A DNA stretch of 64,000 nucleotides from Methylophaga sp. (GCA_040882115.1 JBBEBX010000008.1:2113-66112), one strand, 5' to 3'. Positions 27,827 to 39,475 are shown, numbered from the stretch's first letter. The notes: generated by a model not told the origin, from the letters alone. Numbers and translations: made by a program.

Positions 27827-28783
27827 ATGCCAGTCAAACAACTCTGGATCTTAGTACTAATGTTGATAGCCATACCGGTGATGGCTGAGCCGAGCAATCG
27901 ATTGTTTGTCACTAATGAGCGTGATAACACGCTTTCCGTGATTAACGCTGACACCTTAGAAGTCGAACACACCATTGATATTGGCAAACGGCCACGTGGT
28001 ATTGGTTTTTCTGAAGACAGCAAATTACTGTATGTCGTCGCTAGTAATGACAATCAAATTGTTGCTCTGGATCCGCAAACTCTGCAAATCATCAAACGGA
28101 TCGATACCGGCGAAGAGCCGGAGACGTTTGCCGTTAATCCGGTCAATGGTTTTATTTTAACCTCGAGCGAATACGATGGTGAAGCGACGTTTATTGACCC
28201 GCAGGTCAATGAAAAAATCGCAGTGGTCAAAGTCGGTATTGAGCCTGAAGGTGCTGCAATTTCGCCAGATGGCCAGTATGCGCTGGTCAGCAGTGAGTCC
28301 AGCAATATGGTGCACATTATCGAAACTGATACTTATCGTGTGGTGGCGAATATTGTGGTGGCGGCCCGGCCTCGTGGCTTGGCGTTTAGTCGTGATGGCC
28401 AGTTTGCCTATGTTGCCAGTGAAATTGGCCGTGAAGTTAGCAAAATCAGTATTGAGACGCTGAAAGTGGTTAAAAAAGCGCCCATCGAAGTGGAAGGCGC
28501 CAAACCGATGGCCATTGTTGTCAGTCCCAATGGTGACACGTTGTATATTTCAACCGGCCGCGGTAATTCAATTGCCATGTTCGATGCAGATTCATTAGAA
28601 ATGATCGCCAATGTGCCAGTCGGTGAGCGCACTTGGGGCATGGCGCTTTCTAAAGACGGCAAATATCTCTACAGCGCTGATGGCATCAGCGGCACAGTGT
28701 CGGTGGTAGATACCGAAAAGCGGGAGCGGATCAAGGCAATTGATGTGGGGTCATACCCATGGGGTGTTGCACTCGATGATTAA
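27827..28783 (+). CDS. Exported YVTN beta-propeller, PQQ-dependent-catabolism-associated type (TIGR03866-like)
   Basis: Signal peptide; FVTNERDNTLSVI, IGKRPRGI, VGIEPEG, SSESSN, VGSYPWGV repeats. Confidence 0.8.
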   Translation: MPVKQLWILVLMLIAIPVMAEPSNRLFVTNERDNTLSVINADTLEVEHTIDIGKRPRGIGFSEDSKLLYVVASNDNQIVALDPQTLQIIKRIDTGEEPETFAVNPVNGFILTSSEYDGEATFIDPQVNEKIAVVKVGIEPEGAAISPDGQYALVSSESSNMVHIIETDTYRVVANIVVAARPRGLAFSRDGQFAYVASEIGREVSKISIETLKVVKKAPIEVEGAKPMAIVVSPNGDTLYISTGRGNSIAMFDADSLEMIANVPVGERTWGMALSKDGKYLYSADGISGTVSVVDTEKRERIKAIDVGSYPWGVALDD

Positions 28784-28806
28784 ACCCGGCGAATGTTGCT
28801 GAAAAT

Positions 28807-28829
28807 GCCGGTTAACGCCGGCTTTTTTT
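28807..28829 (+). terminator. Probable intrinsic terminator after the beta-propeller gene
   Basis: GCCGG-TTAACG-CCGGC then T7. Confidence 0.65.
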
Positions 28830-28850
28830 ATGGCGCTAATCAGGAAGTTT

Positions 28851-28879
28851 TTGTCAGTCGCCGCAGACACAGTTATGAT
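28851..28879 (+). promoter_or_regulatory. sigma70 promoter for the membrane protein-mpl-ubiX operon
   Basis: TTGTCA-N17-TATGAT. Confidence 0.6.
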
Positions 28880-28886
28880 GCCGGCC

Positions 28887-29399
28887 ATGACAATCATTTT
28901 ACGTTTGATCGATATTTGTTTGTTTCGCGCCGGTCCGGAAGATCTGCCGGCGAGAAGCGGCCTGTTGCAATGGTCATTGCTTGCCTACCTGTTGGTGGGT
29001 ATTGGGATCAATCTGCTCGATACCAACTGGACCTTGAGTTTAACTGTCAGTCTGGCAGATTTAATCATTTTATTAGCATTTGTTTGGCTGATTTTGCGGG
29101 GTTACCAGCATTTACCGCGATTAAATCAAACCTTGCTGGCGTTTACCGGTTGTGGTGTGTTGTTGGGCCTTGCGGTAATGCCGTTTCTGGCAATGTTTTA
29201 CCAATATGATGAAACTGAGCCAATGGCCAATGTGTTGCTGCTGGTCATGATGGTGATGATGTTGTGGAGCCTCATGGTTAGCGCGCATATTTTTCGGCGC
29301 GCTCTGGATTGCAGTGCGCCGGTCTCGGTTGCCTGGACGGTTTTATATGTGATTATTTCTATTATCGGCAGCGGGCTGGTGATGTCCGGAGTTGCTTGA
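28887..29399 (+). CDS. Conserved-looking multi-pass membrane protein upstream of mpl
   Basis: ICLFRAGPEDLP then about five TM helices; TGATG overlap with mpl; start 28887 chosen from promoter geometry (alternatives 28875, 28830). Confidence 0.75.
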   Translation: MTIILRLIDICLFRAGPEDLPARSGLLQWSLLAYLLVGIGINLLDTNWTLSLTVSLADLIILLAFVWLILRGYQHLPRLNQTLLAFTGCGVLLGLAVMPFLAMFYQYDETEPMANVLLLVMMVMMLWSLMVSAHIFRRALDCSAPVSVAWTVLYVIISIIGSGLVMSGVA

Positions 29400-30751
29400 T
29401 GCATATTCATATTCTCGGTATTTGCGGCACCTTTATGGGGGGGCTGGCAATGCTGGCCCGTGAATTGGGCATCAAAGTCAGTGGCAGTGATGCCAATGTT
29501 TATCCCCCGATGAGTGATCAACTGGCCGCTGCCGGTATTGATGTGATGCAGGGGTTTTTACCTGAGCATTTAAATCCGCAGCCAGATCTGGTGGTGATGG
29601 GTAATGCCATGAGCCGCGGTAATCCGGCGGTGGAATATGTGCTGAATCAGGGCTTGCCCTACATTTCAGGGCCACAGTGGCTGGCCGAACATGTATTACA
29701 GGGCCGCTGGGTGCTGGGCGTATCCGGTACGCATGGCAAAACCACGACCAGTAGCATGCTGGCGTATATTCTGGAAGTTGCCGGCATGCAGCCGGGTTTT
29801 CTGATTGGCGGGGTACCAGCGGATTTTGCTGTATCGGCACGACTTGGTGAAACGCCGTTTTTTGTTATTGAGGCGGATGAATACGACACGGCATTTTTTG
29901 ATAAACGTGCCAAGTTTGTCCATTACCGCCCACGGACGCTGGTGATCAATAATCTGGAATTTGATCACGCTGATATTTATCCGGATTTAGCGGCCATTCA
30001 GACGCAGTTTCATCACTTGATTCGCACGGTGCCGGCTGAAGGTTTAGTTATTAAACCGGCTGAGGTGCCCGCCATTGAAAACACTTTGCAAAAAGGTTGT
30101 TGGACGCCGCAGCAGAGTTTTGGTGATAAAGCGGCCGATTGGCAAATCATTGCCGGTGCCGATGATGGCAGTCGTTTTACCGTTAAACACCAAAACCAAC
30201 AAGCCGACGTTAACTGGGCATTACTGGGTCAGCATAATGTGCAAAACGCGATAGCTGCGATGGCAGCGGCGCATCATGTCGGTGTCAGTGTGCCGCATGC
30301 TGCTGAAGCGTTAAGTCAATTTCGCGGTGTCAAACGGCGGTTGGAATTGCGCGGTGAAGTCAGCGGTGTCCGGGTTTATGATGATTTTGCCCATCATCCC
30401 ACCGCGATTAAAACTACGCTGGCAGGATTGCGTGCCAATATCGGCAATAAACGGCTGATAGCGGTATTTGAGCCGCGCTCTAACACCATGAAAATGGGCG
30501 TACATCAACAAACTTTGGGTCAGGCATTTGTTGATGCCGATGCAATCTTTATGTTTCAGGATAGCCAATTAGGCTGGTCACTGACCGATATGCAAAACAC
30601 CCTCAATGCCAAATTAAAGATCAGTGATGATATTGATGCACTGGTGCGGCAAGTGACCGCTGATGTGCAGGCCGGTGATTATATTGTGGTAATGAGTAAT
30701 GGCGGTTTTGCTGGTATTCACGACAAACTACTGAAGGCGCTGGCGAAATGA
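29399..30751 (+). CDS. mpl: Murein peptide ligase Mpl
   Basis: HIHILGICGTFMGG, GTHGKTTT, IEADEYDTAFFDKR, DDFAHHPTAI. Confidence 0.97.
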   Translation: MHIHILGICGTFMGGLAMLARELGIKVSGSDANVYPPMSDQLAAAGIDVMQGFLPEHLNPQPDLVVMGNAMSRGNPAVEYVLNQGLPYISGPQWLAEHVLQGRWVLGVSGTHGKTTTSSMLAYILEVAGMQPGFLIGGVPADFAVSARLGETPFFVIEADEYDTAFFDKRAKFVHYRPRTLVINNLEFDHADIYPDLAAIQTQFHHLIRTVPAEGLVIKPAEVPAIENTLQKGCWTPQQSFGDKAADWQIIAGADDGSRFTVKHQNQQADVNWALLGQHNVQNAIAAMAAAHHVGVSVPHAAEALSQFRGVKRRLELRGEVSGVRVYDDFAHHPTAIKTTLAGLRANIGNKRLIAVFEPRSNTMKMGVHQQTLGQAFVDADAIFMFQDSQLGWSLTDMQNTLNAKLKISDDIDALVRQVTADVQAGDYIVVMSNGGFAGIHDKLLKALAK

Positions 30752-31356
30752 CCGATCCTAAACAAATTGCGATCGCCATTACCGGTGCATCCGGTGCTGC
30801 CTATTCACGGCGCTTGCTGGAGCAGCTTTTAGCACAGCAGATGACGGTACATTTGATGATTTCCGCCGCCGGCCGGATTGTGCTGGCCGATGAACTGGAC
30901 TGGAAATTACCGGCACGCGCCGGTGATATTCAAAAACAACTGGTCAGCGAATTTGCCTGCCAGCCCGAACAAATTCAGGTTTATGGTGAACAGCAATGGT
31001 CATCGCCACTGGCCAGTGGTTCGCACCGGGTGCCGACGATGATTGTTTGCCCGTGCACCATGGGGACTTTATCGGCCATCGCCTGCGGCGCCAGTGATAA
31101 CCTGATTAATCGCGCGGCTGATGTCATGATGAAAGAGCAACGCAAGTTGATCCTAGTGCCGCGCGAAGCACCGTTTTCAGCGATTCATCTGGAAAATATG
31201 CTGAAACTGGCAAGGCTCGGCGTCTGCATTATGCCGCCCAATCCCGGCTTTTATTTCCGGCCCAAAACGCTCGATGATGTTATTGATTTTGTGGTGGCGC
31301 GGATCCTCGACCAGGCTGGTATTGAACACCAGCTGCAAGCCCGTTGGGGCGAATAG
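30748..31356 (+). CDS. ubiX: Flavin prenyltransferase UbiX
   Basis: AITGASGA, LASGS, PCTMGTL, RAADV..KE.R.LILVPRE. Confidence 0.96.
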   Translation: MTDPKQIAIAITGASGAAYSRRLLEQLLAQQMTVHLMISAAGRIVLADELDWKLPARAGDIQKQLVSEFACQPEQIQVYGEQQWSSPLASGSHRVPTMIVCPCTMGTLSAIACGASDNLINRAADVMMKEQRKLILVPREAPFSAIHLENMLKLARLGVCIMPPNPGFYFRPKTLDDVIDFVVARILDQAGIEHQLQARWGE

Positions 31357-31425
31357 CTCTAAGCAGCTTTTTGTCAGTCACGTATAATGCGTGCAAGCTC
31401 TGATTTAACCAGTACGGAATCCAGC

Positions 31426-33099
31426 ATGTCGGATATTGAAATCGCCCAACACGCCAAAATGCAACCTATTACCGATTTGGCGACGAAGCGGCTGGGTTTG
31501 TCTGCAGAACAGCTTGATAACTATGGTCGTTATAAAGCCAAAGTTTCATTAAATGTTATGGATGAATTGGCTGATAAGCCCGACGGCAAACTGATCCTGG
31601 TAACAGCGATTAGCCCGACTCCAGCAGGTGAGGGTAAAACTACCACGACCATTGGTCTGAGCGATGCGTTAAACCGTATCGGTAAAAAAACCGTGGTCTG
31701 TGTGCGCGAGCCATCGATGGGCCCGTGTTTTGGTATGAAAGGCGGTGCTGCCGGAGGTGGTTACGCACAAGTCGTGCCGATGGAAGATATCAATCTGCAT
31801 TTTACCGGCGATTTCCACGCCATCGCTTCTGCTCATAATCTGCTGGCGGCGATGATCGATAACCATATCCACCATGGTAATCCGTTGCAGCTTGATAGCC
31901 GGAAAATTGTCTGGCAGCGGGTGATGGATATGAATGATCGGGCGCTGCGGCAAATTACCGTCGGTATGGGCGGCCCGGCCAATGGTTTTGTCCGTGAAGA
32001 TCGGTTTGATATTGTTGTTGCTTCTGAAGTGATGGCGATTTTCTGTTTAGCCAATTCGCTGGCTGAACTGAAACAGCGGCTCGGCGATATTCTGATTGGT
32101 TACAGTTTTGATGGTACACCACGCTATGCCCGTGATTTGCAGGCACAGGGCGCGATGACCACTTTGCTAAAAGAGGCCATTAAACCCAATTTGGTACAAA
32201 CGCTGGAAAACAATCCGGCCTTTGTCCATGGCGGCCCGTTTGCCAATATTGCCCACGGCTGTAATTCGGTAATTTCCACCAAGATGGCCTTAAAACTTGG
32301 CGATTATGTAGTGACCGAAGCCGGTTTCGGTGCCGATTTGGGCGCTGAAAAATTCATCAATATTAAATGCCGTAAAGCCGGTATCCGTCCGGATATGGCC
32401 GTGCTGGTAGCGACGGTTAAAGCGTTGAAATACCACGGCGGTATGGATGTTAAATCAATCACTGATGATAATCCTGAAGCCCTGAAAAAAGGCCTGGCAA
32501 ACTTAAAGCGGCATCTGAATAATTTGCAGCAACAGTTCAAGCTGCCGTGCGTTGTGGCCATCAATCATTTTATCCACGATCGTGACAGTGAAATTGCCAT
32601 GATCGAACAAGCCGTGACTGAAATGGGCGGTAAAGTGGTATTGGCCAGACATTGGGCCGAAGGCGGTGCCGGTGCCCAGCAATTAGCGGAAACGGTCGTT
32701 GCCATGTTGGATCAGCAAACCGGCAAAGATTGTCAGTTGTTGTATCCGGATGCCATGCCGTTATGGGACAAAATCCAAACTGTTGCTGAAAAGCTCTATG
32801 GTGCAACGCAGGTGTTGGCAGATCCTAAAGTCATGAAAAAACTCAGTGACTTTACCGAAGCCTATGGGGATTTACCGGTATGCATGGCGAAAACGCCTTA
32901 CTCTTTCAGTAGCGATGCCACATTGCGCGGTGCACCGGAAAATCACAGCTTGACCATTCGTGATGTGCGTCTGTCGCATGGTGCCGGCTTTGTCGTGGTG
33001 TTATGTGGCGATATTATGACGATGCCCGGTTTACCCCGGCATCCGGCCAGTGAACGTATCGATATTGATGATGATGGGGTTATTAGCGGTCTGTTTTAA
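31426..33099 (+). CDS. fhs: Formate--tetrahydrofolate ligase
   Basis: [53 protein letters not shown]. Confidence 0.98.
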   Translation: MSDIEIAQHAKMQPITDLATKRLGLSAEQLDNYGRYKAKVSLNVMDELADKPDGKLILVTAISPTPAGEGKTTTTIGLSDALNRIGKKTVVCVREPSMGPCFGMKGGAAGGGYAQVVPMEDINLHFTGDFHAIASAHNLLAAMIDNHIHHGNPLQLDSRKIVWQRVMDMNDRALRQITVGMGGPANGFVREDRFDIVVASEVMAIFCLANSLAELKQRLGDILIGYSFDGTPRYARDLQAQGAMTTLLKEAIKPNLVQTLENNPAFVHGGPFANIAHGCNSVISTKMALKLGDYVVTEAGFGADLGAEKFINIKCRKAGIRPDMAVLVATVKALKYHGGMDVKSITDDNPEALKKGLANLKRHLNNLQQQFKLPCVVAINHFIHDRDSEIAMIEQAVTEMGGKVVLARHWAEGGAGAQQLAETVVAMLDQQTGKDCQLLYPDAMPLWDKIQTVAEKLYGATQVLADPKVMKKLSDFTEAYGDLPVCMAKTPYSFSSDATLRGAPENHSLTIRDVRLSHGAGFVVVLCGDIMTMPGLPRHPASERIDIDDDGVISGLF

Positions 33100-33102
33100 C
33101 GA

Positions 33103-33879
33103 CTAAATATTGCGCTGTTTTTTGATGAGATCATAAGCCAGTTGTATTTCTTTAGTTTTTTCGGTTGCCACATCAATCATATCTTTAGGCACACCCTGAC
33201 CCATTAATTTATCGGGGTGATGTTGACTCATTAATTTGCGGTAAGCACGCTTAATTTCCTGTTCATTGTTATCAGCGGTGACGCCCAGCGCCTGATAAGC
33301 ATCTTGCAGAGCTGATGGGCTGGTTTGTGAGGACGAGCCGGAAAAATGTGCCTGGCCAATGACCATGTTTAACAATTGATTAAATTCACGGTCACTATAA
33401 TTTAAATAGCCAGCGACTTGCTGCAGCGTAGTTTGCTCTGCCTGGTCGACTTTGCCATCAGCCATGGCCATGACAATTAAGTAAACCATCAACGTGTGAC
33501 GAAGGTTGGCGGTACGCCCACAATGCTCATTAAAGCGTTGCATGGTGTCGGCTAAATTAAACTCTGCAGCTGCCCCGGTTTTAAATAATTGGATGGCTTG
33601 CTGACGATGCTCAGCTGACATACCAATTTTTTGGATAAACGCCTCAACATGGGTAATTTCATCCTGAGTGATCACACCGTCTGCTTTTGCCAGCCAACCT
33701 TTTAAAGTAAACAGGGTTTCCAGAAAAACCGTTTGTCGTTGTAAGGCTGTGCCCGGATTAAAGGCCCCGGCCCCCAGTTGACGAAAGCGATCAACCGCAG
33801 CGCCGGCAAAATACCCTAGCAGCGCTCCAATAAATCCAAACACAATAAAGCCAAGTGCTACGCCAATCCATTTAAACAT
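33103..33879 (-). CDS. djlA: Co-chaperone DjlA
   Basis: N-terminal TM, TerB-like middle (AKADG), J domain with HPD. Confidence 0.94.
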   Translation of the reverse strand: MFKWIGVALGFIVFGFIGALLGYFAGAAVDRFRQLGAGAFNPGTALQRQTVFLETLFTLKGWLAKADGVITQDEITHVEAFIQKIGMSAEHRQQAIQLFKTGAAAEFNLADTMQRFNEHCGRTANLRHTLMVYLIVMAMADGKVDQAEQTTLQQVAGYLNYSDREFNQLLNMVIGQAHFSGSSSQTSPSALQDAYQALGVTADNNEQEIKRAYRKLMSQHHPDKLMGQGVPKDMIDVATEKTKEIQLAYDLIKKQRNI

Positions 33880-33881
33880 GA

Positions 33882-35549
33882 TTATTTATGCTTTTTGAAA
33901 CTGAAAAAAAGTAATAATCCACCCCAGATACCCAACAACCAACTGAGCACTGGCAGACCAGCTATCATCGACGGCGCGTAGCCATCCAAGCCTTTTAAAA
34001 TGGCCGCGCCAATAATAAATGCTGAACCGGCAATTGCTGTCACGGTTCGATAACTGCTGTCCTGGATTTCCTGACGGATTTTTTGTAAATCACGAGACGA
34101 TAATTGCATTTGCAATTCGCCTTGATTGGCTTTGCGGGTTAATTCATAAAGCTGGCGGGGCAGGGTAGGTAGCGTTTCGGCCCAGGTAGGTGCTTCTTGT
34201 TGCAGTGATTTTAACGCCGCCTGCCAGCCGAGTTTTTCCTGCATCCATTTTTCTAAAATCGGTTTGGCGGTTTGCCACAGATCCAGATCGGGATATAACT
34301 GCCGGCCGAGGCCTTCAATATTGAGCAACGTTTTTTGCAGTAAAACTAACTGTGGTTGGATCTGCATATCAAAACGACGGGCAGTTTGAAACAGCCGAAG
34401 CAATAACTGGCCAAAAGAAATTTCTTTTAATGGGCGGGCAAAAATCGGTTCGCAAACGCTACGAATAGCTGATTCAAATTCATCCAGTCTGGTATCGGCC
34501 GGCACCCAGCCTGACTGCACATGGAGTTCAGCAACACGGCGGTAATCATGGTTAAAAAACGCTAAAAAGTTTTCGGCGAGATACCGTTGATCGTCCGGTG
34601 CCAGCGTACCCATAATGCCAAAATCAATGGCGATATACCGAGGATTGGCAGGATCGCTGGCATCAACCAAAATATTGCCGGGATGCATATCGGCATGGAA
34701 AAAACTGTCTTTAAATACCTGTGTAAAAAATATCTCAACACCAATTGCAGCCAGCCGTTCAAAATCAATATTGTGATCAGACAAAGCCTGCATATCACTG
34801 ATAGGTACACCGAATACTCGTTCCTGCACCAGAATATTTGGCCGGCTTAATGACCAATAGACTTCGGGGACATAGAGCAGGCGAGCATCAGTAAAATTGC
34901 GTTTGAGCTGTGATGCCGAGGCGGCTTCACGCAGCATATCCAATTCGTCGAACAGGTTTTTCTCCATTTCGGCGACGACTTCGCGGGGGCGTAACCGTTT
35001 GCCTTCTGACCAGTAACGCTCGGCGAGACCTGCCATGGTGTACAGCAAGTCGACATCACGGCGAATGACTTTTTCAATGCCCGGCCGTACTAATTTGATG
35101 ATGACTTGTTTGCCATCGGTCAAAGTTGCTGCATGCACCTGTGCAATGGAAGCCGACGCCAATGGCTCGGTTTCGATATTGGCAAATAATTGATCAATTT
35201 GATCCTCGGGATATGCCGCCCGGATTAATGCCAGCGCTTGTTCGCTCGGAAAAGGTGCGACCCGATCCTGTAATTTCGCCAGTTCATCGGCGATATCGTC
35301 CGGCAGTAAATCGCGCCGGGTGGAGAGAATCTGCCCGAATTTAACAAAAATCGGTCCTAAATCTTCTAATGCCAGCCGCAGTCTTTCGCCACGCGGCTGA
35401 TGGCTGGCTTTACGCCAGCGATACGGTGACAACCAGCTGATAAAACGCAGCGGCCGGAACATATGGATGGCCAGTATAAATTCATCAAGACGATGACGGG
35501 CAAATACCCGGTTGATTTGCACCAGTCTGTTTAATTGGCCAAATTTCAT
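33882..35549 (-). CDS. ubiB: Ubiquinone biosynthesis kinase-like protein UbiB
   Basis: [40 protein letters not shown]. Confidence 0.97.
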   Translation of the reverse strand: MKFGQLNRLVQINRVFARHRLDEFILAIHMFRPLRFISWLSPYRWRKASHQPRGERLRLALEDLGPIFVKFGQILSTRRDLLPDDIADELAKLQDRVAPFPSEQALALIRAAYPEDQIDQLFANIETEPLASASIAQVHAATLTDGKQVIIKLVRPGIEKVIRRDVDLLYTMAGLAERYWSEGKRLRPREVVAEMEKNLFDELDMLREAASASQLKRNFTDARLLYVPEVYWSLSRPNILVQERVFGVPISDMQALSDHNIDFERLAAIGVEIFFTQVFKDSFFHADMHPGNILVDASDPANPRYIAIDFGIMGTLAPDDQRYLAENFLAFFNHDYRRVAELHVQSGWVPADTRLDEFESAIRSVCEPIFARPLKEISFGQLLLRLFQTARRFDMQIQPQLVLLQKTLLNIEGLGRQLYPDLDLWQTAKPILEKWMQEKLGWQAALKSLQQEAPTWAETLPTLPRQLYELTRKANQGELQMQLSSRDLQKIRQEIQDSSYRTVTAIAGSAFIIGAAILKGLDGYAPSMIAGLPVLSWLLGIWGGLLLFFSFKKHK

Positions 35550-36145
35550 GCTTTATCCTGTGGGTGTTTTTTTTGCAGCCGCTGGATACGTGCTTCCAAA
35601 CGGTCAGCGGCAGCCTGCAAACTATCGATGTCTTGCATAAATCGGTCGGTTTCAGCTTTGTCAGGTAACAGCCGGCTTTCTTCGCGCAGATATTCGGCCA
35701 AAGATTTCTGGAAACTGTCGGCACTACTGTTCAACCAGCCAAATCCCTGACGCAAACCCTGCGCAATGGGGTAGGCCAGTGTATCGCCGGTGACTTTGGC
35801 CAGTTGCGCTTCCCAGTCAAAATCAAAGCCATTGAGCCAATCCTGCAATTGTTTGGCAAACTGCACATCGCCAAGAATTTTGATTTGTGCTGAGAACAAA
35901 TTGTCGGGATTACGGGCGACTTTAATCAGCGCGGCGCTGTCAGCGGCGATCATCAAATCGGCGGTTTTATCACGGCCATCAGCCAGTTTTAATGAGGCAT
36001 TTTTAAACTGGATAAAGATCGATACCTGAAAATCGGTGATATCCAGATGAATGCTGCGCTGCTCAAATTGATGTAGCTTGGCCTGACTGTCAGCATCTGC
36101 AGATAAAGCCTGATTAAGGGCAAATTCCAGCGGACGTAACGGCAT
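35546..36145 (-). CDS. ubiJ: Ubiquinone biosynthesis protein UbiJ (SCP2)
   Basis: SCP2-like N-region, DWEAQLA..GD, EYLREE; position between ubiE and ubiB. Confidence 0.9.
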   Translation of the reverse strand: MPLRPLEFALNQALSADADSQAKLHQFEQRSIHLDITDFQVSIFIQFKNASLKLADGRDKTADLMIAADSAALIKVARNPDNLFSAQIKILGDVQFAKQLQDWLNGFDFDWEAQLAKVTGDTLAYPIAQGLRQGFGWLNSSADSFQKSLAEYLREESRLLPDKAETDRFMQDIDSLQAAADRLEARIQRLQKKHPQDKA

Positions 36146-36891
36146 TAGAATTTATAACCACGATGCAGTGCGACAATGCCTGCCGTCATATTAAAAAATT
36201 CACAGCGTTCAAAACCGGCATCAGACATCATGGTTTTTAATGTTTGTTGATCGGGATGCATGCGAATCGATTCGGCCAGATACTGATAACTCTCGGCATC
36301 GCCGGTAAAGACCTTACCCAGTTTGGGCAATAATTTGAACGAGTAGGTATCGTAAACCGGTGCCAGCCAGTCAGCAGGTTTGGAAAATTCCAACACCAGT
36401 AATTGCCCGCCCGGTTTCAATACCCGCAGCATAGAACGCAGTGCTTTGTCTTTATCGGTCACGTTGCGCAGCCCAAAAGCAATGGTAATGACATCAAAAC
36501 TGTTATCAGGAAACGGCAGTGCTTCGGCATTTGCCTGCACGTATTCAATGTTGCCGACTTTGCCTTTATCAGTGAGCCGATCCCGCCCGACGTTGAGCAT
36601 CGAGGCATTGATATCGGCGAGCACGACTTTGCCTGTCGGGCCCACTAAATCAGCAAATTTAGCGGTCAAGTCGCCAGTGCCACCGGCAATATCCAGTACT
36701 TTGGCACCACGGCGCACACCGCTTTGCTGCAAGGTAAGGTGTTTCCATAAACGGTGAATGCCCATCGACATCAGGTCATTCATCAGATCATAGCGGCCGG
36801 CGACAGAGTGAAAGACTTCGGCAACATGGCGGGCCTTTTCATTAACCGGCACCTGCTTATAGCCAAAATGGGTGGTGTTGTTATCTTCCAT
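36145..36891 (-). CDS. ubiE: Ubiquinone/menaquinone C-methyltransferase UbiE
   Basis: [34 protein letters not shown]. Confidence 0.98.
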   Translation of the reverse strand: MEDNNTTHFGYKQVPVNEKARHVAEVFHSVAGRYDLMNDLMSMGIHRLWKHLTLQQSGVRRGAKVLDIAGGTGDLTAKFADLVGPTGKVVLADINASMLNVGRDRLTDKGKVGNIEYVQANAEALPFPDNSFDVITIAFGLRNVTDKDKALRSMLRVLKPGGQLLVLEFSKPADWLAPVYDTYSFKLLPKLGKVFTGDAESYQYLAESIRMHPDQQTLKTMMSDAGFERCEFFNMTAGIVALHRGYKF

Positions 36892-36899
36892 AATTATTC

Positions 36900-37265
36900 T
36901 CAGGCATCTTGTTGGCGTTCGTAACCTTCGGCCATCAATTTTTCCAAATAGATTTGCCAGTATTCGTCCTGATGAATGCAGAGATCGTAAAGATAATCCC
37001 AGGAAAACAGGCCGCTGTCGTGGCCGTCATCAAAGTAAATCTTGATGGCGTAATGACCAACCGGCTCGATATTGGTGATGCCGACGCTTTCTTTTTGCAC
37101 CTGCAACACTTCCTGCCCTGGTCCATGGCCTCTAACTTCAGCAGACGGCGAGTGGACACGCAGGAACTCGGCAGACAGCAGATAATGTTTAGCATCGTAA
37201 ACCAGTTCCAGTTTACGGGATTGCTTGTGCAACGAAATGTCTGTGGGTAGCGGCGTGTCGGCCAT
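36900..37265 (-). CDS. DUF971 / gamma-butyrobetaine hydroxylase-like N-domain protein
   Basis: [16 protein letters not shown]...VGHYAI...[12 protein letters not shown]. Confidence 0.9.
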   Translation of the reverse strand: MADTPLPTDISLHKQSRKLELVYDAKHYLLSAEFLRVHSPSAEVRGHGPGQEVLQVQKESVGITNIEPVGHYAIKIYFDDGHDSGLFSWDYLYDLCIHQDEYWQIYLEKLMAEGYERQQDA

Positions 37266-37273
37266 AAAATTCC

Positions 37274-38596
37274 TTAAAGAATGTAACGTGATAAATCTTC
37301 GTCCTGCGCCAACTCACCCAGTTGTTCATTGACATAAGCCTCATCAATGACAAATTGTTGACCTGCTTGTTCGCCAGCTTGGTAGGAAATTTCTTCTAAT
37401 AATTTCTCCAGCAGCGTATGCAGACGACGAGCACCGATGTTTTCGGTTTTTTCGTTGACCTGATAAGCCAGCTCGGCAATCCGTTGTACACCGTCTTCGG
37501 TAAAACTGAGCGCAACACCTTCGGTTGCCATTAATGCGATGTACTGTTCGGTTAAAGAGGCGCTGGGTTCGGTCAGAATCCGCACAAAGTCTGCTGCTTT
37601 AAGAGCATCAAGTTCGACCCGAATCGGTAAGCGGCCCTGTAATTCCGGGATGAGATCTGATGGTCTGCTCAAATGAAAAGCACCTGAAGCAATAAACAAA
37701 ATGTGATCGGTTTTCAGCACACCATATTTGGTGGTGACACTGCTGCCTTCGACTAACGGTAATAAATCACGCTGCACCCCGGCGCGGGAAACATCAGCAC
37801 TGCTGCCACCTTCGTTACGGCCGGTGATCTTGTCAATTTCATCGATAAAGACAATGCCGTTTTGTTCCACAGTGTGGATGACGTCCGCTTTCAGGTCTTC
37901 TTCATTAATCAGCTTGGCAGCTTCTTCATCCGTCAATAATTTAAGTGCTTTTTCGACAGTCAGCTTACGGGTGCTGTGTCGCTGTTTGCCCATGCTTTGA
38001 AACATTTCCTGCAACTGGCTGGTCATTTCTTCCATGCCCGGCGGTGTCATGATTTCGACGCCCATTTGTGACTGGGCCAGTTCTAATTCAATTTCGCGAT
38101 CGTTTAGTTTGCCTTCACGCAGCATTTTGCGAAATTTTTGCCGGGTCTCCGAGCTGGTATCCGCTTCACTGCCACGCGCGGGCCTCAGCAAAGCATCAAG
38201 AATGCGTTCTTCTGCTGCATCTTCAGCATGTGGCCGGGCACGTTTAATGGCTTTTTCGCGAAGCATTTTCATGGCGCTTTCCGCCAAGTCCCGGATGATG
38301 GATTCAACATCACGGCCCACATAACCCACTTCGGTGAACTTGGTGGCTTCAACTTTAATGAATGGTGCATTAGCCAGTGATGCGAGACGGCGAGCGATTT
38401 CCGTTTTACCAACACCGGTTGGGCCAATCATCAGAATGTTTTTCGGCGTCACTTCGGGTTGTAAATCAGCCGCTAATTGCTGGCGACGCCAGCGATTGCG
38501 CAGGGCAATGGCGACAGCGCGTTTGGCCTCTTGCTGACCGACGATGTGTTTGTCCAGTTCATGGACGATTTCTTTCGGAGTAAATGAATGGCTCAT
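37274..38596 (-). CDS. hslU: ATP-dependent protease ATPase subunit HslU
   Basis: [39 protein letters not shown]; start MSHSF at 38596. Confidence 0.98.
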   Translation of the reverse strand: MSHSFTPKEIVHELDKHIVGQQEAKRAVAIALRNRWRRQQLAADLQPEVTPKNILMIGPTGVGKTEIARRLASLANAPFIKVEATKFTEVGYVGRDVESIIRDLAESAMKMLREKAIKRARPHAEDAAEERILDALLRPARGSEADTSSETRQKFRKMLREGKLNDREIELELAQSQMGVEIMTPPGMEEMTSQLQEMFQSMGKQRHSTRKLTVEKALKLLTDEEAAKLINEEDLKADVIHTVEQNGIVFIDEIDKITGRNEGGSSADVSRAGVQRDLLPLVEGSSVTTKYGVLKTDHILFIASGAFHLSRPSDLIPELQGRLPIRVELDALKAADFVRILTEPSASLTEQYIALMATEGVALSFTEDGVQRIAELAYQVNEKTENIGARRLHTLLEKLLEEISYQAGEQAGQQFVIDEAYVNEQLGELAQDEDLSRYIL

Positions 38597-38603
38597 GAAG
38601 TAA

Positions 38604-39143
38604 TCAGGTATCCAGGGTTTCGATAGAAAGGTTGTGATTAGTATAGATGCAGATGTCGGCGGCAATATTCAAGCCTTTCTCTACAATTTCACGTGCCGTT
38701 AAATCGGTGTTTTGCAATAACGCGGTGGCAGCTGCCTGCGCAAAAGGGCCACCAGATCCAATGGCAATCAGGCCATTTTCGGGTTCAATGACATCGCCGT
38801 TACCGGAAATGATCAGCGAGGCTTCAGCATCAGCAACCGCCAATAAAGCCTCAAGACGACGCATCATCCGATCAGTGCGCCAGTCTTTGGCCAGTTCCAA
38901 GGCGCTGCGGGTTAAATTGCCCTGATGTTTTTCCAGTTTGGCTTCAAAACGTTCAAATAAGGTAAAAGCGTCGGCGGTGCCGCCGGCAAAACCGGCAATA
39001 ACCTGATCGCGATACAGTCTGCGCACTTTTCGGGCATTACCTTTCATAATGGTATTGCCGAGACTGACTTGGCCGTCACCGCCTATCACTACCTGACCAT
39101 TCCGCCGGTAAGATAAAATTGTGGTGCCGCGGTATTGCTCCAT
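38604..39143 (-). CDS. hslV: ATP-dependent protease subunit HslV
   Basis: GTTIL catalytic Thr, [16 protein letters not shown]. Confidence 0.98.
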   Translation of the reverse strand: MEQYRGTTILSYRRNGQVVIGGDGQVSLGNTIMKGNARKVRRLYRDQVIAGFAGGTADAFTLFERFEAKLEKHQGNLTRSALELAKDWRTDRMMRRLEALLAVADAEASLIISGNGDVIEPENGLIAIGSGGPFAQAAATALLQNTDLTAREIVEKGLNIAADICIYTNHNLSIETLDT

Positions 39144-39250
39144 TGTGACTCCTGGGGATTCAACAAAAAATAGCCGTCGAGTATACTATGCTGAGCGCAT
39201 CGGTGCAGTGCGCCCTGTAAGCTTATCTTTTGAAATAAGCAAGATAGTGG

Positions 39251-39287
39251 TTGACAGCAGTCGGGGTTTTACGGAAAATGCGTCCTC
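39251..39287 (+). promoter_or_regulatory. sigma70 stable-RNA promoter of the tRNA-tuf operon
   Basis: TTGACA-N17-GAAAAT followed by GC-rich discriminator GCGTCCTC. Confidence 0.7.
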
Positions 39288-39293
39288 TTTAGT

Positions 39294-39378
39294 GGAGGGG
39301 TTCCCGAGCGGTCAAAGGGATCAGACTGTAAATCTGACGGCACTGCCTTCGAAGGTTCGAATCCTTCTCCCTCCACCA
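39294..39378 (+). tRNA. tRNA-Tyr(GTA)
   Basis: Cloverleaf with long variable arm; CAGA-CTGTAAA-TCTG anticodon arm; GGTTCGAATCC; CCA end. Confidence 0.97.
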
Positions 39379-39401
39379 TTTTTTTGCGAGTTTACTATTA
39401 A

Positions 39402-39475
39402 GCGGGTGTAGTTCAATGGTAGAACTCCAGCCTTCCAAGCTGACTATGTGGGTTCGATTCCCATCACCCGCTCCA
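39402..39475 (+). tRNA. tRNA-Gly(TCC)
   Basis: GCGGGTG acceptor; CAGC-CTTCCAA-GCTG; GGTTCGATTCC; CCA end. Confidence 0.97.

Noticed and set aside
28848-31379. TTTTTGTCAGTC repeated upstream of the membrane-protein gene (28848) and fhs (31368)
   Set aside because: Only two copies; the first is explained as a -35 element; no symmetry suggesting an operator
39144-39250. Expected sigma32 heat-shock promoter for hslVU
   Set aside because: No CTTGAA-N13/14-CCCCAT with valid spacing; only a weak sigma70-like TATACT, so not annotated
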